Shown here: positions 63,554 through 64,000 of the stretch, piece after piece
Layout of the letters: each line of letters begins with the position of its first letter
Position numbering within the stretch: position 1 is the first letter of the stretch
DNA from: Fimbriosthenelais zetlandica
Taxonomy: Eukaryota
Direction of reading: 5' to 3'
Length of the DNA stretch: 64,000 nucleotides
Assembly: GCA_977030845.1 (NCBI GenBank)
Contig: OZ365118.1
Coordinates: 3,658,001 to 3,722,000 of the forward strand
Made by a program: the position numbers and the translations under genes
The notes under the pieces: generated by a model
Databases searched by the model: none
What the model was told of the DNA's origin: nothing
What the model saw: only the letters and a program-made list of their open reading frames with translations

Positions 63554-64000
63554 AATAAGGGAATATATGTGAAAACACATGGGGAATAAATAAGATATTT
63601 TAGGGGCTTCATACATTTTAGGGGAATCAATGCAAAACAACAGTCGTGGATAAAAATGCTAACATGCTTGCTCATGTTACTATAATATATTTACGCCCCT
63701 CATTGTATGCTGTTAAAAGGCGTAGAACATTTCTTACCTATTCTGGGAAGTAACATTAGGATGGGATAATTATTTCTGTATTTACATGTAGGTAGTGTAC
63801 TTTCAAAGTGGGAATCTTTCCCAGTTAAAACGTAGTATTTCCATTAATGACGAGAGAAAATGACAATGATGACAGGTTTATGTTGAAGTAGGGGGAAGCA
63901 TCTAAATGTACTACCTTATAATGAAATATAAAATAACCGGCTGCTAGGCGAGGGTTAGGTTAATGAGTGAGTTATGTAGGCAAGCCTGGGGACATAGCCT

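Noticed and set aside
1-64000. Remaining 60-140 aa ORFs in the supplied track
   Set aside because: Their lengths and composition fit random ORFs, and I recognise no domains or consistent exon chain.

Overview
This is eukaryotic, almost entirely non-coding DNA. It is most likely vertebrate and probably amphibian-like; I infer that from the mix of decayed L1, DIRS/Ngaro, Penelope, Ty3/Gypsy and tRNA-SINE relics, not from a marker gene. I find no intact protein-coding gene, rRNA, functional tRNA or CRISPR array, and the supplied ORFs look spurious or are transposon debris. Main structures: (1) A ~4.35-kb tandem duplication (1-3219 vs 4361-7561). It carries a decayed tyrosine-recombinase (YR) fragment, a tRNA-Ile(AAT) relic and a triple direct repeat at the breakpoint, and a second, different YR relic lies just beyond it on the opposite strand. 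(2) A patchwork of old retroelement fragments from 8.8 to 24 kb, including an L1 whose 5' part may be inverted. (3) A repeat-poor stretch (~24-38 kb and ~55-62 kb) with TAAT-rich, CpG-retaining blocks that resemble conserved non-coding elements. (4) A 1.83-kb array of a 29-bp minisatellite with a decodable higher-order pattern. (5) Three copies of a tRNA-Ala-headed SINE-like family. (6) A few candidate spliced exons with no recognisable product. Protein-family motifs quoted below are recalled family consensus motifs, not database hits. I cannot support a clearly novel complete biological system; the best leads are listed as findings.
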